A DNA stretch of 64,000 nucleotides from an uncultured Actinomycetes bacterium (GTDB taxonomy: Bacteria; Actinomycetota; Thermoleophilia; Gaiellales; Gaiellaceae), in contig CAWKDP010000018.1 of the NCBI GenBank assembly GCA_963848405.1, forward strand, positions 65,857 through 129,856, in the 5' to 3' direction. This document shows positions 61,562-64,000 of this stretch, piece by piece. The notes under the pieces were generated by a model. It was given only the letters and a program-made list of their open reading frames with translations. It was not told where the DNA came from and searched no databases. A program made the position numbers and the translations under genes. The first letter of the stretch is position 1. Each line of letters opens with the position of its first letter.

Positions 61562-63291
61562 CTCGGGCCGGCGAGCAGCGCGTCCATCTCGAGCAGGCTC
61601 TGCTCCAGCTGCTCGGCAAAGGCACCGGCGAGCCCGTGGAAGCTCGTGACCACGCAGCGCACCCCGTCGTCGTGGATCGCGTACGAGAGGCCTAAGCCTT
61701 CGTCCACGACCGGGCCGAAGCACGTCAGCTCGACGTGCGGCGAGCCGCGCAGCGCGCTCGTCGACAGCACGCTGCGGGACAGCTTCGCGTAGCCCTGGTC
61801 CGCGAAGAGCGGAGGCACGGGCTCGTCGGGCTCGAGCATACGGCGCAGCCCGAGGAGATGCCGGTCGACGCCGCGGCCCTCCTGGCAGCGGCGCACGGTC
61901 GCGACATGGCCGGCGATCGCCGCGCGGAGCGCGTGCTCCGAAGCGGCCGGATCGCGTGCTTCCCGAAGCGACCGCACGAATGCGACGCTCTCCGCCGAGA
62001 CGCAGCGCATTGCTTCCGTTCGTCCGTGCAGGAACCGTTTCGTGCTGATCGACTCGTACGTGGACGCTGTCTCGCCGGTGAGCGTGAAGTAGGTCAGCTG
62101 GAACGCCATCTGCACGAACCCGTCGGGGCTCAGTCCACGTCGAGCGATCGTGCGCTTGCCGAAGGCCGAGAAGTCGAGCACGGCGAGGTCCGTCCTTTCG
62201 AGCAGCGCGGCCGCGCCGTGCTCGCAGCGCTCGATCTCGGTGAGCAGCCGCTCCGTGGGCTCGAAGCGGAGCCGCTTCTGGGCAGGTGCGCGGCCGGGTG
62301 CCGCCGGGACCGGCGATGGCGAGCCCTCGTTCTCGACGAGGAACTCGGCGAACCGCAGCGCCGTGCTGCCGTCGAACCCCGCGTGCTCCATGCAGAAGCC
62401 GGAGACCCCGTTGGCCGCGACGATCAGCTGAATGGACTTGTCGAACCAGCGTCCACGTGCATCGCCGTGGAGGAAGAGACCGGCGGCTTCGCCCGAGCGC
62501 GGATGCGCGGGCGGCCGGCCGCTCTCGAGGACGAGCACCAGGATGGCGCCCTCGACGGACTCGAGCAGCTGCCGGGCCGGCGCCGGCCCGAGCCGCAGAT
62601 GCTCGTCGCGGACCCGTGCCCAGGCCCTCCGACTGTCCGTCGTCAGCACGCCGAGGGGAGGTCCGGCCGTCTCGACGTCGTCGACGATCCGCTGAAGCGC
62701 GCGTTCGAGGTCCTCGACGGCATACGCGCGGCCCTCCTCGTCGAGAACGTCCAGCGAGAAGAACCGGTTGTCGCGTACGACGACCACGTGGCGGCCGGCC
62801 GGCGACTGCACGAGGACATCCCTCGTGGCACCAGGGATCCGGCTCGAGGAGAGCAGCCGCGAGTACTCCCGCATGCAGCGCGGCGCGTCGTTCTCGAGGT
62901 CCGGCTCGAGCTGCTCCCGATCGACGAGTTCCTTGAACCGCACCGCGGCCGAGAGGAGTCTCGCGGCGCGGGCGACCTGGGGCTGGCCTGCGCCGGCAAG
63001 CCCGAATCCGGGGCTGACGTTGACGACGAGCGGCGTGTCGTCGCAGAGGTAGCAGTCGTCCCAGAACGGCTCGAGCCAGTTGTCCATGTCGGCGCGCTCG
63101 CTCCAGCGGAGCAGGCGCCGCTGGAGCTGCTCGCCCTGCCCGTCGACCCGAACGAATTCGTCCACGGCCCGCCGCGTCGCGGCGAGCTCCGCGCGCGTGA
63201 GCAGCGGCACGACGAGCTGGAGGTACAGCGTGCAGGTGTCCGCCAGCGTGGGGACGGGAAGGCGCTCGAGCCGGCCCTGAAAGGCCAGCAT
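61558..63291 (-). CDS. choline/carnitine O-acyltransferase family protein
   Basis: LPVPTLADTCTLYL.., catalytic-His motif CMEHAGFDGS, and the VLSTS motif. 577 aa. Confidence 0.75.
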   Translation of the reverse strand: MLAFQGRLERLPVPTLADTCTLYLQLVVPLLTRAELAATRRAVDEFVRVDGQGEQLQRRLLRWSERADMDNWLEPFWDDCYLCDDTPLVVNVSPGFGLAGAGQPQVARAARLLSAAVRFKELVDREQLEPDLENDAPRCMREYSRLLSSSRIPGATRDVLVQSPAGRHVVVVRDNRFFSLDVLDEEGRAYAVEDLERALQRIVDDVETAGPPLGVLTTDSRRAWARVRDEHLRLGPAPARQLLESVEGAILVLVLESGRPPAHPRSGEAAGLFLHGDARGRWFDKSIQLIVAANGVSGFCMEHAGFDGSTALRFAEFLVENEGSPSPVPAAPGRAPAQKRLRFEPTERLLTEIERCEHGAAALLERTDLAVLDFSAFGKRTIARRGLSPDGFVQMAFQLTYFTLTGETASTYESISTKRFLHGRTEAMRCVSAESVAFVRSLREARDPAASEHALRAAIAGHVATVRRCQEGRGVDRHLLGLRRMLEPDEPVPPLFADQGYAKLSRSVLSTSALRGSPHVELTCFGPVVDEGLGLSYAIHDDGVRCVVTSFHGLAGAFAEQLEQSLLEMDALLAGPS

Positions 63292-63314
63292 TCCGCCGCT
63301 CGTCGGTCTGCTGC

Positions 63315-64000
63315 TCAGACGCCGGAGGCGGCGACCGCTGCCTCGAGGCTCGGGGTGTCCGACAGGAGCTTCCTCGTGTACGCGGCCTGTGGACGCCCGA
63401 GCACGTCGTCTACGAGCCCTCGCTCGACGATTCGCCCTTCGCTCATGACGACCACTTCCTGCGCGATCGTCCGGATGAGCGCGAGATTGTGCGTGACGAA
63501 CAGGAGCCCCAGGCCCAGCTCGCGCTGAAGGTTGGCCAGGAGGTCGACGATCGCGGCTTGCACGGACACGTCGAGCGCGGAGGTGACCTCGTCGCAGATC
63601 AGCAACTGCGGATTGGCCACCAGCGCGCGTGCGATGGCGACGCGCTGGCGCTCGCCGCCGGAGAGATGGTGGGGAAACCGTTCCATCACCGACGCGCTGA
63701 GCTGAACGGTCTCGAGGACTTCCGCCGTACGGCTGCGCGCTTCGCGACCGCCCAGGTCGAAGAACAGGCGGAGCGGCTGACCGATGATCTGACCGACGGA
63801 CTTGCGCGGGTTGAGGGAGCTGTACGGGCTCTGGAACACGTACTGGATCTCCCGGCGCGCATCGCGGTCGCGCGTGCGTGCGCCGGGCGTCAACGGTCGT
63901 CCCCGGAAAGAGATCTCACCCTCGTAGGTCGTGTGCAGACCGGCGATGCACCGCGCGAGCGTCGTCTTGCCGGAACCCGACTCCCCGACGAGCGCGACGC
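63315..64000 (-). CDS. ABC transporter ATP-binding protein (oligopeptide/dipeptide DppF/OppF-like), 5' end beyond window
   Basis: LSGGERQRVAIARAL, LICDEVTSALD, LLFVTHNL. Upstream in frame at the window edge: VALVGESGSGKTTLARCIAG (Walker A). Confidence 0.85.
   Translation of the reverse strand, partial: VALVGESGSGKTTLARCIAGLHTTYEGEISFRGRPLTPGARTRDRDARREIQYVFQSPYSSLNPRKSVGQIIGQPLRLFFDLGGREARSRTAEVLETVQLSASVMERFPHHLSGGERQRVAIARALVANPQLLICDEVTSALDVSVQAAIVDLLANLQRELGLGLLFVTHNLALIRTIAQEVVVMSEGRIVERGLVDDVLGRPQAAYTRKLLSDTPSLEAAVAASGV

Noticed and set aside
1-64000. Prophage, integrative element, toxin-antitoxin-rich or defence island
   Set aside because: No integrase, transposase, recombinase, phage structural, restriction-modification or cas-like genes were recognised. 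The RNase/barstar pair is a secreted-enzyme/inhibitor pair, not a classical TA module. Composition looks uniform apart from short AT-rich promoter regions.

Overview
Very GC-rich (roughly 70% by eye), tightly packed DNA that looks like an actinobacterial chromosome. I call about 60 protein genes. I recognised no rRNA, tRNA, CRISPR array, transposase or integrase. Most long Arg/Pro/Ala-rich ORFs in the six-frame track are antisense or off-frame shadows of real genes.

The main theme is catabolism of methylated amines and tetrahydrofolate (THF)-linked C1 units:
- heterotetrameric sarcosine oxidase in the order soxD-A-G-B, followed by formate-THF ligase
- a dimethylglycine-dehydrogenase-like gene with etfB-etfA, an EtfD-like membrane Fe-S oxidoreductase and a frame-broken GMC (choline-dehydrogenase-like) gene
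- a betaine-type ABC importer and an aldehyde dehydrogenase
- a DmdA/GcvT-like aminomethyltransferase with a methylene-THF reductase
- a DUF1989-GcvT fusion with a PhyH dioxygenase and an acyl-CoA-dehydrogenase-fold protein

Other content:
- a TetR-headed operon: an NTF2-like protein, three tandem alpha/beta-hydrolase paralogs and a glycosyltransferase
- two SBP56 (selenium-binding / methanethiol-oxidase family) paralogs
- an amt operon without glnK
- a secreted RNase with barstar
- an ECF sigma factor with a putative anti-sigma partner, recQ, an NhaP antiporter and an APC permease
- unusual domain fusions: KaiC-like pseudo-ATPase+XRE+cupin, flavin reductase+cNMP-binding, MFS+methyltransferase, and lipoprotein cytochrome c+Cys-rich domain
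- a bacterial choline/carnitine acyltransferase homologue

Non-coding structure:
- A family of 24-bp hairpin (REP-like) elements sits at gene ends. One locus is amplified into a 49-bp tandem array, and several copies supply the stop codon of the adjacent gene.
- A 171-bp palindromic element has 21-bp perfect termini.
- There are several candidate operator palindromes.
- Fourteen gene junctions are ATGA/GTGA start-stop overlaps, and three convergent gene pairs share a CTAG stop-stop overlap.

Quality caveat: at least six single-nucleotide frame disruptions occur in four genes. I cannot tell from the sequence alone whether they are consensus errors or real pseudogenisation.
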